NCBI GenBank assembly: GCA_030704615.1
Contig: CM060732.1
Span: forward strand, 69,626,001-69,690,000
Source of the DNA: Takakia lepidozioides
Taxonomy: Eukaryota; Plantae; Bryophyta
DNA: 64,000 nucleotides
Direction of reading: 5' to 3'
Position numbers and translations under genes: made by a program. Numbering within the stretch: the stretch's first letter is position 1; the number at the start of each line of letters is the position of its first letter. The notes below the pieces were generated by a model. The model was given only the letters and a program-made list of their open reading frames with translations, made no database searches and was not told the DNA's origin. Shown in pieces: positions 61,693-64,000 of this stretch.

Positions 61693-63763
61693 ATGGAACA
61701 GGATGGGGGAAAGGACAAACCTAGGACAGTGGGTGAATCCATCACCAGGAAGCTGTTTGATGAAGAAATGGAAAGGGAAGTTAAGATCCACTTGAAATTT
61801 CATGCACTCAGGGCTCCCAGTTTGGACACAAACCAGAAGTTTGATTGAACCCGGTGAGGACTGACCAAAGTGCTCTCGAGTCAGCAGATTGACAAAAGCT
61901 CCAATTTGGGAGTTGTGAATGACACCACATCTACTGTAATATAATCTGGAGATGTGCAAAAGATTTGTGCTTCAGAATTGAACCTATTCTTGGCAAAGGT
62001 AGAGAGTCACTATGACCTCACCATAAACCTACAGATACTCTGAAGCAGACGTTTTTTGAGTTCTATGATTGCTCATTTGGTGGGCTGTCCTGTTTCCAGA
62101 AGGTCAAGGACATCCAGCGAGCTTGACAGGGATCCAGGTTGCAGCAGTCCTTCTGCCACACCCAGAAATGTAACTCCTTTAACATCCCTGACACCATTGA
62201 AATGGAAACCTTCCAAGCGAGAAGAAGATGCAGGGAAGGGCTCCAATCAAGGAATGTCAGGCGAAATTATCCGCGATAACGAAGAGCTCTCTGGTTCTGA
62301 AGAAGTGACAACCCATGTGCTAGATGAGCATGTAAGAGAGCAGCAGCGGTGTATGGAGCCAAGCAGTGGCCAAGGTGTGGACTGTCAGACCAAATCATCA
62401 GATGAATCTTCACTAACAAAGGGGCAGCAGGGCACCGAACCCAGCAGTGATATTGAGTTTCCTTCTCTTGAGAGGTAAGATTAAGGATACATCTCTCAGA
62501 AGCCCTTCAATTGTACATAGACAGCTCGACGCTAAAACTCTGTAGAATCTCCAGCACACACACATACCATACAAACTTAGCGGGACTAAACTCTTATTCA
62601 ATGAACCTCCAGGCACCTTGGCAGCTAATTGTCAATACACTTGTATGTGCTGGGTGCAGAGTTTGAACCCATCAGGTGCCTTTGCATAGAAGCCAGCAAA
62701 GATACAATCCGTAATATGAAAAAGAACTTAACATCATGTTGTTACAAAAAATTTACAGCAATGCACACTGAGATGCACGCTGCTTTGTGTTTTTCAACAT
62801 CCTCCATCATAGGTGAACAAAGACAACTCATAATGATGGTGCAGAGTAGAAGGAAGTGGTCATCCTGAGCTGTTCTTCTTAGTTTTTTCAAGATCCCTGC
62901 TGAATGATGCAATGAGCCAAGTCTTCTATAAAAGCGTGTGTCCCCATTTGCCTTTGAACAGGCAGTTCGACTATGTTTTCAAACCAAACTCAAAACTTGG
63001 GCTGGTACTCGGGTATCTTGCGTAGGAAGCCTTCATTGGGGGAAGACTCATCCACCATGACCATTGACTTTTTACGAGCCAGGCTCTTGTCAGAGCGTGC
63101 TTCATCGAAGGCTGCCAAGCATCATGTCCAGCTGCTTGAAAAGAAGGTCAGGTCCAATTTCACTGTCATGAGATGAGGGAAGATCAATCAGGTCTCAAGT
63201 TGAAAAGTCTATTAGATGGTTTTTAGAGATGGTTTAGGTCTAGCTCCAGCTTATAATCTGAATTCAACCCTAGGTTTTGTGGGTGGACACATAAAACTTT
63301 TTTTATACTTTAGCGACACCAAAGCATGTAAGTTAGGATATCACATCTGACCTTTTCCATTTCAGGTGATTGAGCTGGAGCACAAATTGGAGCATGCGAT
63401 TGAACTGAGGAAAAAGGCTGAAGCAGCTGCAGGAGAGGCTATCTCCAAGCTGAAATCTGCAGGTTAGTGATTGCCTTTGGTGAATGTAGAAGTGGACCTG
63501 CAGAAGTATCTGCAGAAGTGGATGCAACCACCAGAATTTGAAGTGAATTGAAGTATTCACATAGGATAGGTAGAACTGTTATTCCTGTCACTGCATACTT
63601 TGGCCGTCACCTAGAAACTTGAAGTTGTTCCCAACTGTTGGCAGCCATTTTTACCTCACATTGTCCGACTTGAGTTCAAAGGCTTTTCCTTGGTCTTGCA
63701 AAGACCTGGGCCCTATCACTTCAACACCCCCTGATATTTGTTTTGTTTGCAGTGACAAGTTAA
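61693..63763 (+). CDS. Uncharacterised plant coiled-coil protein (TIxFLRARLLSER motif); start ambiguous (61693 with an in-frame TGA, or 62254)
   Basis: Exons 61693-61853, 62100-62474, 63026-63146 (SSTMTIDFLRARLLSERASSKAAK), 63366-63462 (VIELEHKLE..RKKAEAAAGEAISKL) and 63753-63763, all phase-compatible GT-AG. I recall this motif from conserved plant proteins of unknown function. Confidence 0.65.
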
Positions 63764-64000
63764 AGGAAAGATGCTAAAATCTCCAGCAAACAACTGCCTA
63801 CCATCACAACCGAACCAAGATATCAGGCATTAGGATACCAGAAAGTGTAGTTGTCATGGTGGATGCTGATCTGACATAGAACTGTGTTAATTCAAAGAAT
63901 CTTCCTGTGGGTGGTTTTGGAAGTTGTACTTCATAGCAAACCTAAATTTGACACATGCTTAATCTCACTGGCTTCAGGTCTTTCGACAGAGGGAGCAATA

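Overview
Eukaryotic nuclear DNA with spliceosomal introns from a land plant, probably a non-seed plant or bryophyte (inferred from the RPL21 and sHSP sequences and the TE spectrum). The left ~26 kb is a nest of transposons. A decayed Sola2-type DDD transposase gene (- strand) has a complete 9.4-kb CACTA element in its intron (3551-12992; 19-bp TIRs; TAG TSD). That CACTA carries a truncated TnpD-like gene and, divergently, a multi-exon TnpA-like gene with an embedded FCP1/NIF-type HAD phosphatase domain (DLNG variant), which is the most striking feature here. A decayed Ty3/Gypsy element, a 500-N gap and a second Gypsy remnant follow. The right ~36 kb is gene-bearing: a small unknown gene head-to-head with RPL21, an SCL-type SR splicing factor, a 15-exon CCD-like carotenoid cleavage dioxygenase, a class II-like small HSP apparently lacking its N-terminal arm, an orphan repeat ORF and a plant coiled-coil gene. 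Small elements include two TTAA-flanked CCC..GGG (piggyBac-like) non-autonomous elements inside an L1 remnant, hAT- and Tc1/mariner-like MITEs, and three TSD-flanked copies of a LINE, each inserted at a (TC)n/(GA)n tract. No rRNA, tRNA or CRISPR array was found. Family names come from motif recognition by eye, not database searches.
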